Source: Gemmatimonadota bacterium
Lineage (GTDB): Bacteria > Gemmatimonadota > Gemmatimonadetes > Gemmatimonadales > GWC2-71-9
Direction: 5' to 3'
Assembly: GCA_025358055.1 (NCBI GenBank)
Contig: JANYKV010000090.1
Coordinates: 1,075-65,074 of the forward strand
Length of the DNA: 64,000 nucleotides
Below are positions 57,001-64,000 of this stretch, in pieces. The first letter of the stretch is position 1. Each line of letters opens with the position of its first letter. The position numbers and the translations under genes are program-made. The notes under the pieces are model-generated. The model was not told the origin of the DNA. It did not search any database and was given only the letters and a program-made list of their open reading frames with translations.

Positions 57001-57264
57001 GTCGAGCCTGGCACGTATGTGAAGATCAAGGAGTTGTCGGTCAACTACACGTTCAACAAGAACGAGCTCCGGAAAATCGGGCTCGGTAAGCTCGAGAACG
57101 TGCGGCTGGGTGTCGTCGGCCGCAACCTGTTCACGTTCACGAAGTACTCGGGCTACGATCCCGAAGTGACGGGCCTGGCGGGCGATCCGTTCCAGTTCCG
57201 GTTTGACGGGTTCAGCTACCCGCACTTCCGGACCTTCACCGGCACTGTCGAAATCGCGTTCTAA
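54097..57264 (+). CDS. SusC/RagA family TonB-linked outer-membrane protein
   Basis: 1055 aa. N-terminal CarboxypepD_reg-like ITGKVTSEAGQPLGGATLS. Plug DPLIIIDG and IERVEVVKGAAASSLYGSSGANGVIQIFTKRG. Terminal ...TGTVEIAF. Start at GTG 54097 or ATG 54100/54103. Confidence 0.92.
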   Translation: MMMRREMQRALAFVGVLTGLSVLGAGAAQAQAVITGKVTSEAGQPLGGATLSFKEIPNGGVTASNGTYSLTIGAEKVKDQTVTMTARYLGYAPVVRVITLKTGSQEQNFQLRSDPLHLEDVVVTGVSEATSSKKLAFAVGRVSAEQLQETPGVTALGALAGKVAGVRVISGNGEPGSAPSIKLRSATSIQGSQDPLIIIDGTLSVATLADIASEDIERVEVVKGAAASSLYGSSGANGVIQIFTKRGASLADGKLLITARNEFGSSWLSARIPASQAHAFQIDASGNYIRSGGAPSGSRLADSSDVARNPYKVYHDHQAEAIKPGVFYTNYVSVGQRKGNTNFNASFQNTRTEGVVFNLKGYGRQNLRLNVDNQLTPKLDLSVSSFYGVSDNNQATQGPGAPFFGLTFLEPDTDIFAQCPGGKPGCSFKVGNPDGSPYRAFIPDRISNATNPLYELYNRKVNTDRNRFTGSGKLRWRIADWLTAEGNYNYDHEGWNYADLLPFGFLGATGTAGQGHLNEQSFAGRTYNTGATLTSIQNFWGSVTNTTKVSYIYEDQESHLLTTNASKLVVQGIPEYPAADGSTLATNSQKIAIRNRNVFAVTTFDIKDRYILDGLVRQDESSLFGPDARKAKYFRVSGAWRLNEDLHIKGIDEWRIRGSWGTAGLRPGFDYQYETLQAGGGSFTKLFLGNKNLKPAHSDEKEIGTNIEFGHGRFTLEYTYSKKTTKDQLLQVDQPAVSGFTSQWQNVGALEGSTHEVALGMQVLNTKDLAWTINITGDRTRQQITDWNIAKRLVSVQGQAQAFYLGPNVPLGVLYGNRIVRTIDELYDDPAKKAQSGSGQAWNRDSVIVNEEGYVVRKSAYHRRGVGVSNIERPLLYVDATGNNIVRIGDANPDFNASFSTNFTWKRFSATGLVDWSQGGNIYNGTRQWPFFDNRDIIYDQRGKPDAAQKSQTYYNTLYNGLNSIDFFVEPGTYVKIKELSVNYTFNKNELRKIGLGKLENVRLGVVGRNLFTFTKYSGYDPEVTGLAGDPFQFRFDGFSYPHFRTFTGTVEIAF

Positions 57265-57293
57265 GCGTACGCCACTCTTTGTGAGGAACAGCT

Positions 57294-58982
57294 ATGTCGA
57301 AACTTGATCGTTTGACTCGACTGACGGGGGCGGCGGCGTTGCTAATCACGGCGGCCGGATGCCAGTCCCTCGATGTCGCGAACCCGAACGCGCCGGACCG
57401 GCAGCTGGCATTTTCCGATCCGGGCACCGTCAAGGCGCTCGCCGGTGGCGCGTTCAAGACCTGGTTCAACGTCCGCCAGAACTATGATCCCCCGCTAACC
57501 CTCTCGGTCATGGCCGACGGGTATACCGCGGCGTGGAACAATTTCAACATCCGTTACTACACGTCGTACGTGGACTGCGGCGGTCGCTGCGGTTGGTCCA
57601 ACGACCCGACCTCGAGCTATCGATTCGAAATCGAGAATTTCTGGTATGGGTATTACTCGGCGCTTTCATCGGCCAATGACGTCTTGACCGCGATCCGGAC
57701 AAACGGGGTCGTGATCACGGACGCCGCCACGACCAAGATGGTCGAGACGGTGTCGGTCCTTGCTCAAGGACTTGCACTCGCCGGGATCGCCTTGAACTAC
57801 GACCAGGGCTACGTCCTCGATGAGACGACGGACCTCTCCACTCTGAAGATCGTCCCCCGGCTCACCATCCGTGATGGGGCTCTGACAAAACTGGACGCTG
57901 CGATCGCCCTCGCGGAAGCCAACACGTTCGATACGCCACCAACCTTCACCGGCCTCAATGGCGGTCCGTCATTCAGCAACGGGCAGTTGGCTAAAATCGC
58001 TCGTACCGCGGCGGCGGAGTTGCTCGCGCAGTATCCCCGCAACGGCACCGAGTGGGATGCGGTCGATTGGAGCAAGGTCGCGGGTTACGCCTCCGCCGGC
58101 GTCAGCACCGGCGACGGTGTGGACTTCGGGTTCTTGACCGACCCCCAGGGCAACTTCTTCGATGGCGTCAGATCGTGGTCGAATGAGCCCGGCACCATGC
58201 GGCTTCACACGCGCGTGTCGCACATGATTTCGCCAAACCAGGTCGATCCGTGGCCGTCACCGAACGGGAATAACCCGCCGGTGCTGTGCTCCGCGAATCC
58301 GGATCCGGCGGTCTGTAACAGCGACCTCCGGGTTGGGGACGGGAGCTTCTCGGCAGTAGATGACATCATCGGCGAAGGTAGTTTTCAAGCCACACCGAAT
58401 GCCGGTACCGACTTCGCCTTTTTCCGTCACGCGAACCAGCGCCCGGCGCGCGGGCAGTATCACCAAAGCAACTTGGCCCAGATCCGGTACTTCGTTCAGC
58501 TCGATGTCGAGGTGACCGGTGCCGGCCCGTCGTTCGCGTTCAATCAGGCCTACAACGACCTGCTGTGGGCTGAAGCCCTGATCAAGGGCAATGGCGACCT
58601 CAACTTGGCCGCCTCACTGATCAACAAGACCCGAGTGGGCCGGGGTGGCTTGACCCCCGCGGCTGGAGGCGATGGTGCCGCGGTATTGCTCGACAAGCTC
58701 CGGTACGAGGATGAAATCGAGATGCTCGGACAGGGCTCGGCCACGTACTATAACGAGCGAAAGTGGAATAACCTCGAGGTGGGAACCCCACGGCAGATGC
58801 CAATTCCGGCCAAGGAACTTACGCTCTTGCAGAAGGAACTCTACACGTTCGGCGGCGTCGGCAAGCCTGACATGGCGCCCGGTGTCGACCCCGCGGTGGG
58901 GAGAGTGCCAAACGTGCGAGATATTTGGGCCGATCACTATAAGCGCATAATGGAATCGGCTCGGCGCTCCAAGCACATGTAG
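57294..58982 (+). CDS. SusD/RagB family lipoprotein
   Basis: It lies 29 nt after susC-like. Lipobox LLITAAGC. Helical TPR-like body of 562 aa with the typical SusD size and position. Confidence 0.85.
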   Translation: MSKLDRLTRLTGAAALLITAAGCQSLDVANPNAPDRQLAFSDPGTVKALAGGAFKTWFNVRQNYDPPLTLSVMADGYTAAWNNFNIRYYTSYVDCGGRCGWSNDPTSSYRFEIENFWYGYYSALSSANDVLTAIRTNGVVITDAATTKMVETVSVLAQGLALAGIALNYDQGYVLDETTDLSTLKIVPRLTIRDGALTKLDAAIALAEANTFDTPPTFTGLNGGPSFSNGQLAKIARTAAAELLAQYPRNGTEWDAVDWSKVAGYASAGVSTGDGVDFGFLTDPQGNFFDGVRSWSNEPGTMRLHTRVSHMISPNQVDPWPSPNGNNPPVLCSANPDPAVCNSDLRVGDGSFSAVDDIIGEGSFQATPNAGTDFAFFRHANQRPARGQYHQSNLAQIRYFVQLDVEVTGAGPSFAFNQAYNDLLWAEALIKGNGDLNLAASLINKTRVGRGGLTPAAGGDGAAVLLDKLRYEDEIEMLGQGSATYYNERKWNNLEVGTPRQMPIPAKELTLLQKELYTFGGVGKPDMAPGVDPAVGRVPNVRDIWADHYKRIMESARRSKHM

Positions 58983-59005
58983 TCGCTTCGAACGACACGA
59001 AGGTC

Positions 59006-59047
59006 GAAACGGGCGCACCAATCGGTGCGCCCGTTTCATTTTTGTTT
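59006..59047 (+). terminator. rho-independent terminator of the susC/susD-like pair
   Basis: gaaacgggcgcacc (59006-19), loop aatc, and ggtgcgcccgtttc (59024-37) form a perfect 14-bp stem, followed by atttttgttt. Confidence 0.8.
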
Positions 59048-59395
59048 CAGATGTCCGGCTCCGCAGAGATCCGGGGCGTGTTAGTAGGACACGTCTCGTG
59101 CCCCTGGTACACGTGTCGTTTCCACACGCGCGTTGTCATGAACAAATGCAACCCCATTTCCCACATGGGGTTTGCGCGCCTACCCGGACCGGCACATCCG
59201 ATGCAATAAGCGCTCGGTGCTGATGGGTGTTGGGGTGGGGCTCTGCCAAAAGAAACGGCCGTCTCCGGTAAAGCGGCGTCGAGGTGCCGCTGGCGCGTTT
59301 GTGGTTCCCCCGATCCGGCAGGCAATGGAAAGGCACCAGTTCGAGAGAACACCGCCTGACCGCCGCATGTCGTGAGCGCTCCGAGACGGATCACA

Positions 59396-59440
59396 GCAAA
59401 GGGGAGGAGCGGGGAGCTTCTCCCCTTTGCGTGTTTATGA
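59396..59440 (+). terminator. second terminator-like hairpin inside a 612-nt non-coding stretch
   Basis: gcaaaggggag (59396-406) and ctcccctttgc (59420-30) form a perfect 11-bp stem, followed by gtgtttatga. The loop contains a second GGGGAG (59411-16) that could pair alternatively with CTCCCC. Confidence 0.4.
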
Positions 59441-59594
59441 GACTAGGGCTAGGTGGATTGAGCGTCGCGGGCGCCCCCATATAGGATTCCAAGGCGGGTC
59501 GGCCCGATGACAGTAGCGCCAGTGGTAAGGCGCGGGAGTTTGATCCACGGCGAGTTGGGCAATCCTTGGGATGGGCGGAAACGACGGTGATTAG

Positions 59595-60296
59595 TTGATA
59601 CCGGCACCGCACGAGCGACCGGGGTGGGCTCGGATCGTGTTTGGGACCCTTTTCGTCGGCGTGTTCCTGGCGCTCGGCCGAATGATCGCGCCGCGCGTTC
59701 CCCAGTTTTTGGATTGGGTCGGCTCGCTTGGCGCCTGGAGTCCGGCCGTTTTCATCCTGGGCTACGCGGCGGGCATTGTGCTTTTTGTGCCCGCATCGAT
59801 CCTGACTCTGGCTGCTGGGGCAATATTCGGAGTATGGGCCGGCACCGGTTTTGTTTTCGTTGCCGCCACAATGGGCTCTGTCGGGGCGTTTCTTTTGGCC
59901 CGTTCTGGTCTACGGGATTGGGTGGCCCGGAAGGTGGCCGGCGACCCTCGGCTTGGGGCCCTGGATCGCGCCATCGCGGACAGCGGGTGGCGCATCGTGT
60001 TCCTGATGCGGTTGTCGCCGGTATTCCCGTTCACACTCCTGAACTATGCCCTCGGGCTCACCCGGGTTCGTCTCCGTGACTTCATCTTGGCTTCAATCGG
60101 GACAATCCCAGGAACGTTCGCGTATGTGTTTTACGGCAAGGTGGCGGGGGATGCCGCCCGGTTGGCCGGCGGGGGCGTGCTGCGCCACGACGCGGTGTAC
60201 TATGTAGTCCTAGGGCTGGGGGTAGTTGCGACGGTTATCGTGACCACGATTGTGACCCGAATGGCACGGGAGGCGCTCAAGGGGCGGACTGGTTAG
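59595..60296 (+). CDS. TVP38/TMEM64 (DedA-related, VTT domain) family membrane protein
   Basis: TTG start. 5-6 TM helices. Core ...GAIFGVWAGTGFVFVAATMGSVGAFLLARSGLRDWV... and RLSPVFPFTLLNYALGLT. Confidence 0.8.
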   Translation: MIPAPHERPGWARIVFGTLFVGVFLALGRMIAPRVPQFLDWVGSLGAWSPAVFILGYAAGIVLFVPASILTLAAGAIFGVWAGTGFVFVAATMGSVGAFLLARSGLRDWVARKVAGDPRLGALDRAIADSGWRIVFLMRLSPVFPFTLLNYALGLTRVRLRDFILASIGTIPGTFAYVFYGKVAGDAARLAGGGVLRHDAVYYVVLGLGVVATVIVTTIVTRMAREALKGRTG

Positions 60297-60335
60297 GGTG
60301 TTCCAGCAGGTGGCCAACTTTGTATCTCAAAGTAC

Positions 60336-60364
60336 TTGACGTATGACCTCCCGAGGTTTATTCT
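60336..60364 (+). promoter_or_regulatory. TTGACG-N17-TATTCT promoter candidate positioned for a leaderless mRNA
   Basis: TTGACG is at 60336-41 and TATTCT at 60359-64. ATG 60372 begins exactly 7 nt after the -10 element, and there is no SD in between. Confidence 0.3.
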
Positions 60365-60371
60365 TGTCTCC

Positions 60372-60980
60372 ATGCCGAAGCCGCTCCGCCACGAAGACTC
60401 GCCGCCCAGGCCCATTCATGATCGGGCCATCCAGGATTTGAGTTTCATCCGGGCTACGATGGAACGGGCGTCGTCGTTCACTGCCGTTCCTGGATGGGGC
60501 GGGGTAGCCATGGGGCTCACTGCGTGCGCCGCATGCGTTTTCGCGGCTCGGCAAGCCTCTCCGGCGGAATGGCTGGCCGTCTGGTTGGCGGAGGCCATCG
60601 TGGCTCTTGGTGTGGGCGGGTGGGCCCTAGTCCGAAAAGCGGCCGCAACCAACACCCCCCTGCTGTCTCGGGCTGGTCGCTTGTTCGCGGGGAGTTTTGC
60701 CCCCGCCGTCGTTGCCGGCGCCATCCTCACCCCGCTGCTCTACCGCTTGGGTCTGAGCGGCTACCTCCCGGGCATGTGGCTGGTTCTTTACGGGGCTGCA
60801 GTGACCTCCGGAGGGGCCTTCTCGGTGCGGATCGTTCCGATCACCGGGGTCGCCTTCATGTCGGTTGGGATCACGGCGCTTGTGTTGGGACCGCAATGGA
60901 AGGACCTGATGATGGGGTTTGGCTTCGGGCTTATTCATGTGGTCTCCGGGTTCGTAATCGCGCGGAGGTACGGTGGCTGA
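60372..60980 (+). CDS. hypothetical polytopic membrane protein
   Basis: ORF 60336..60980 with the start placed at ATG 60372. Five hydrophobic helices. It overlaps the downstream regulator gene by 8 nt. Confidence 0.55.
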   Translation: MPKPLRHEDSPPRPIHDRAIQDLSFIRATMERASSFTAVPGWGGVAMGLTACAACVFAARQASPAEWLAVWLAEAIVALGVGGWALVRKAAATNTPLLSRAGRLFAGSFAPAVVAGAILTPLLYRLGLSGYLPGMWLVLYGAAVTSGGAFSVRIVPITGVAFMSVGITALVLGPQWKDLMMGFGFGLIHVVSGFVIARRYGG

Positions 60981-61368
60981 GCGCCGGGCCACCGCTCGTT
61001 CCCTGGACCGAAAGGGGGGCGCCAAAGCCGCCCCAGGCCTCGAGGCTGTGCGAGGTGGTGGCGGAGCCTCCTCACCTCTGGCCCTGGACCGTGTCATCCA
61101 CGAACGGGTCCGGCTCGCCATCGTGAGCGCGCTCGCCGTGAACCCCTCCCTGACCTTCAACGAACTCAAGGCCCTCCTCGGCGCGACGGACGGCAATCTG
61201 AGCGTGCACGCCCGGAAACTGGAAGAAGCCGGTTATGTAATGTGCGTCAAATCGTTCCAAGGACGAGTGCCGAGGACCGAGTTCGAACTCACCGCGGCGG
61301 GCCGCACCGCATTGGAGCGCTATCTGTCCCACATGGAGAGTCTTATCCAGGCGACCCGCAGGCGGTAA
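60973..61368 (+). CDS. winged-helix transcriptional regulator (HTH_34-like, MarR/ArsR-related)
   Basis: LDRVIHERVRLAIVSALAVNPSLTFNELKALLGATDGNLSVHARKLEEAGYV...RTEFELTAAGR. Confidence 0.75.
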   Translation: MAERRATARSLDRKGGAKAAPGLEAVRGGGGASSPLALDRVIHERVRLAIVSALAVNPSLTFNELKALLGATDGNLSVHARKLEEAGYVMCVKSFQGRVPRTEFELTAAGRTALERYLSHMESLIQATRRR

Positions 61369-61389
61369 TTTTTTTTGAGGTGCTACTTT

Positions 61390-62166
61390 ATGGTGCAAAG
61401 TACATTGAAGGACGGCGCCACCCCGCTCCACGTCGCCATCATCATGGACGGCAACGGGCGTTGGGCGACTCGGCACGGATTGTCGCGGTCGTTCGGGCAT
61501 CGTGCCGGCGCCCGGGCGATCCCGGGCGTCGTGAGAGCCGCTCCTAATTGTGGCATCGGCACGCTCTCCCTTTTCGCGTTTTCGGCGGACAACTGGGGTC
61601 GCCCCTGCGCGGAAGTCGACGAATTGTTGGCCCTCTTTCAACATTTCCTTGAGGGTGAGGCGGCACGCTGCCGAGCCGAAGGCGTGCGCCTTAGCATCAT
61701 CGGGCGGCGGGATCGCTTGCCGTCGTCGCTCTGCCGCGCGATCCACGCGGCGGAACAACAGAGCGTGGATGGCCGGGCGCTGCACCTTCGGATCGCGATC
61801 GATTACTCCAGCCGGGGCAGTATTCTCGAAGCCGCCCGGTCTTACTCTGGTGCTTCGGTGCCCACCAGTGCGAGCTTCGCGGCGGCACTAGCGAGGGCGG
61901 ACCACAGTGGTGCCCCTCTGACGGCGGTGGACTTGCTCATTCGGACCGGCGGCGAGCATCGCCTGAGTGATTTCCTCCTCTGGGAAAGCGCCTACGCGGA
62001 ACTGCTTTTTCTGCCCATCGCGTGGCCGGACTTTACCGACAAAGACCTCACCGAGGCGGTCGCCGAGTTTACGCGACGCGAGCGCCGGTTCGGGGCGCTT
62101 CCGCCGTTCGGAGGCACTCCGCCCAGGATTCCTGGGGCCCAGGGGGCTGCATGCCGATCCATCTGA
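61390..62166 (+). CDS. uppS: isoprenyl transferase / undecaprenyl-diphosphate synthase
   Basis: HVAIIMDGNGRWA, FAFSADNW and IRTGGEHRLSDFLLWESAYAEL. ATG 61390 is preceded by GAGG. Confidence 0.92.
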   Translation: MVQSTLKDGATPLHVAIIMDGNGRWATRHGLSRSFGHRAGARAIPGVVRAAPNCGIGTLSLFAFSADNWGRPCAEVDELLALFQHFLEGEAARCRAEGVRLSIIGRRDRLPSSLCRAIHAAEQQSVDGRALHLRIAIDYSSRGSILEAARSYSGASVPTSASFAAALARADHSGAPLTAVDLLIRTGGEHRLSDFLLWESAYAELLFLPIAWPDFTDKDLTEAVAEFTRRERRFGALPPFGGTPPRIPGAQGAACRSI

Positions 62167-62744
62167 TTGGACCATTGATGTTGTTGGGCTCGCTTGTCAT
62201 GCTGGCTGGCGGGGCCGCCGGCGCGGTGGCGGCGTCCCGTGGCGGCCGCCCGCGCCTTCGCAATGGGTTTGGCGCCGTTGTGGGGTCGTGGCTCACGGTT
62301 CACGCCTTGTTGCTCGTAGCCTGGCCCGTGCTCGCACCGATGCAAGTGCTCCGGTCGGGCGAGGAGCTGGCTTTTTGCGGAGGCATCGACTGCCATCTGC
62401 ACCTGGCAGTGCTCGATGCCCGACGCGCCGCTGATCTGTCCGTGACGATCAGGCTCTCCAGCAATGCCAAGCGCGAGCCGGAATTCCCGGGTCTTCTCCG
62501 GATTCGAGTGGTGGATGCGATGGGTCGCGAGTATGCCCCACTCGAAGCGTTGGGGCCGGATCCGCTCGGCGCGGGAGAATCCTATACGCGCGAACTTCGC
62601 TTCACGGTTTCAGGCGATGCCAAGGGCCTACAGCTGGTTGCCACCTGGGATGGCTGGTTGGACCGGTTGGTTCCGGGGCCCGAGAATGCGTGGGTGAAGC
62701 AGCGAACCCGATTCGAACTGCCGTCATCGGCGGGAGGCACGTGA
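62151..62744 (+). CDS. hypothetical membrane-anchored protein
   Basis: ORF 62022..62744 trimmed to ATG 62151, which overlaps the uppS end by 16 nt. Two N-terminal TM helices, then a beta-rich domain. No family recognised. Confidence 0.45.
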   Translation: MPIHLIGPLMLLGSLVMLAGGAAGAVAASRGGRPRLRNGFGAVVGSWLTVHALLLVAWPVLAPMQVLRSGEELAFCGGIDCHLHLAVLDARRAADLSVTIRLSSNAKREPEFPGLLRIRVVDAMGREYAPLEALGPDPLGAGESYTRELRFTVSGDAKGLQLVATWDGWLDRLVPGPENAWVKQRTRFELPSSAGGT

Positions 62745-62808
62745 TCAACCCATCGGCCTCATCTGCGTCATTTGCGGTTGTCCGAGCGCAGGCAATCGGG
62801 GCGAGATC

Positions 62809-63636
62809 TCAAGTCACGCCCGCCAGGTTGTACATCGCCCGCCAGGCGCGGAACACCTCACGGTAGTTGTCGTGGGTGAAAAGGACTGCGCAGGGTCCGG
62901 GTCGGATCGAGCCCGGAACGAGTTCTGCCATGTCGGCATGGTGGGTCCGGAAGAAATCCACCGTGAGCGTAATTGGGGCCGCCAGCACGAACGGTTTATG
63001 GGTTCGCCGAAGCGCGTTGGCCACGCCAGCCCGGAGCCGTTGCCGGGCTTCGGCCGGACTCAGGGAGCGGGCCGCCTGTCGGCCTAGGCTCTCCTTTACG
63101 ACGATCGTTTCCACTCCGTCGCCCAGCAGGTCCCGCGCTTCTCGCGCCAGGGCGCCATCCCCGCTCACAGCCGCGACCGGCACTCCGTAGTGGCCCGCCA
63201 ACCCAGCGTTGATGCCGAGCTCTCCGACGGCCCGCCCGTTCAGCCGCACGTTCGCGATGACCGCGGCGTTGTAGGTATGATCGATGACCGCATGTTGGGT
63301 ACCGGCGCGCGGGTGATAGCCGATGCAGAGGGCCACATCGAATCCACCATTGACGCCCTCCATCATCGAGAGCGGTTTTGGCGACCCACTACTGAGTTCG
63401 GCGGCGGGGTCCAACTCCTCCGCGAGAATATTGCGCATATGCCAGTGGCTGTCGTTGACCAGGATCCGGGTGGCACCGGCATCGCGCGCACCCTCGATGG
63501 CCGCATTGGCCTCCGCGGTCATGAGGTGGCAGGACCGAGCGTACTCCGCGGCGCACCGAGGATCATCGGGATTGGTTTGATTCTCGTGGACGATGCCCGC
63601 TACACCTTCCATGTCGACTGAAATGAAGACTCGCAT
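62809..63636 (-). CDS. dppA: M55 family D-aminopeptidase (DppA-like)
   Basis: MRVFISVDMEGVAGIV..., NDSHWHMRN, GYHPRAG. Length 275 aa. Confidence 0.85.
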   Translation of the reverse strand: MRVFISVDMEGVAGIVHENQTNPDDPRCAAEYARSCHLMTAEANAAIEGARDAGATRILVNDSHWHMRNILAEELDPAAELSSGSPKPLSMMEGVNGGFDVALCIGYHPRAGTQHAVIDHTYNAAVIANVRLNGRAVGELGINAGLAGHYGVPVAAVSGDGALAREARDLLGDGVETIVVKESLGRQAARSLSPAEARQRLRAGVANALRRTHKPFVLAAPITLTVDFFRTHHADMAELVPGSIRPGPCAVLFTHDNYREVFRAWRAMYNLAGVT

Positions 63637-63690
63637 GCAGTCCTGACGGGGAAAAGGGGAAGGGGAATGGGATGCGGAGGTGGCCCCGCC

Positions 63691-64000
63691 TCAGAAGATC
63701 CTGCCGCCGAGCGGAACGTCGCGTTCGACCGACAGCAGCACGACGTGCCCCGCCTCGCCCGGGGCGCCGAGGGTGAGCACTTCGGAGCTGAAGCCTGCGA
63801 TGTTGCGGGTGCCGAGATTCACGGCGGCGACCACCAGCCGCCCGACCAGTTCCTCGGGGCGGTAGACGTCCGTGAGCTGCGCGTTTGAGGTCTTCTCCCC
63901 CAACGGCCCAAAATCGATCCACATCATGTACGACGGCTTCCGCGCCCTGCCGTTGACCTCCGCCCGAGTGACCCTGCCGACCCGTAGCTCCAAGAGGGCC
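63691..64000 (-). CDS. csaA: tRNA-binding domain protein (CsaA/Trbp111-like), N-terminus beyond window
   Basis: LRVGRVTRAEV...MWIDFGPLGEKTSNAQLT...VAAVNLGTRNIAGFSSEVLTLG aligns in my memory with CsaA (LDIRTGTIVKAE...VIDFG...VAVVNFPPRRIAGFKSEVLVLG). About 8 N-terminal residues are missing. Confidence 0.75.
   Translation of the reverse strand, partial: ALLELRVGRVTRAEVNGRARKPSYMMWIDFGPLGEKTSNAQLTDVYRPEELVGRLVVAAVNLGTRNIAGFSSEVLTLGAPGEAGHVVLLSVERDVPLGGRIF

Noticed and set aside
55003-57225. A 740-aa ORF antisense to the SusC-like gene. Similar long shadow ORFs occur at 48967-50862, 17063-18463, 14827-16038, 43192-44301, 10194-11336, 5687-6667 and 27894-29063.
   Set aside because: They are Arg/Gly/Pro/Ala-rich with no motifs, and each lies opposite a gene with a strong family signature. 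This is typical stop-codon depletion on the antisense strand of high-GC coding DNA.
59396-59430. AAAGGGGAGGAGC resembles the conserved 5' segment (AAAGGGGAGUAGC) of the yybP-ykoY manganese riboswitch.
   Set aside because: The GGGGAG here pairs locally with CTCCCC 14 nt downstream in a simple hairpin. The distal conserved yybP-ykoY elements and the long-range P1 helix were not found.
1-64000. I searched for mobile elements, integrases, tRNA genes (GGTTCGAATCC-type T-loops), toxin-antitoxin pairs and defence genes that would mark an accessory island.
   Set aside because: None was recognised by eye. Gene content and the tight operon structure are those of a chromosomal backbone. A tRNAscan/Infernal run would be needed to exclude small RNAs formally.

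Overview
This is a gene-dense, high-GC bacterial chromosomal segment with about 60 protein genes. Almost all genes from 4.6-13 kb and from 18.6-43.5 kb are on the minus strand. The protein repertoire suggests a Gemmatimonadota-like organism, which is inference only: a SusC/SusD pair in a high-GC background, a giant FG-GAP/ASPIC-UnbV lipoprotein, a stand-alone CarboxypepD_reg/plug-like protein, PSP1, DUF4331/DUF1684/DUF3108 proteins and many lipoproteins. Recognisable core blocks are dnaE-accA-PSP1-metG (12998 down to 5893), lipA-pdhA-pdhB-E2-lpd-(4TM)-lipB (26948 down to 19951), uppS, M20/M23/M55 peptidases and a POT peptide transporter. I recognised no rRNA, tRNA, CRISPR array, transposase, integrase or phage gene, so this looks like chromosome backbone rather than a mobile island. 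The items I consider most worth a second look are: (1) a translationally coupled TPM / nucleotidyltransferase (degenerate catalytic motif) / LemA triad at 2424-4536; (2) a 9.7-kb uninterrupted minus-strand array (36881 down to 27185). This array holds a DUF4331 homologue split into two separately exported proteins plus a TPR and a DUF6702-like protein. It continues with an ECF sigma factor flanked by two different anti-sigma factors (ChrR-like and RskA-like) and a DUF1684 / TlpA-like / OFA-MFS tail; (3) a six-gene, start/stop-overlapping envelope operon (43499 down to 38944) that embeds a deoxyhypusine-synthase-like protein between glycosyltransferases and lipoproteins; (4) a perfect 30-bp palindrome (43560-43589) in the divergent promoter region between that operon and a PspA/IM30-like gene; (5) three long structured non-coding stretches (36882-37473, 52498-52732 with a 14-bp x4 tandem repeat, and 58983-59594 with two terminator-like hairpins). 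All functional calls come from motif and architecture recognition by eye. No database or HMM search was possible, so family names for DUF-type proteins are recollections that need profile confirmation.
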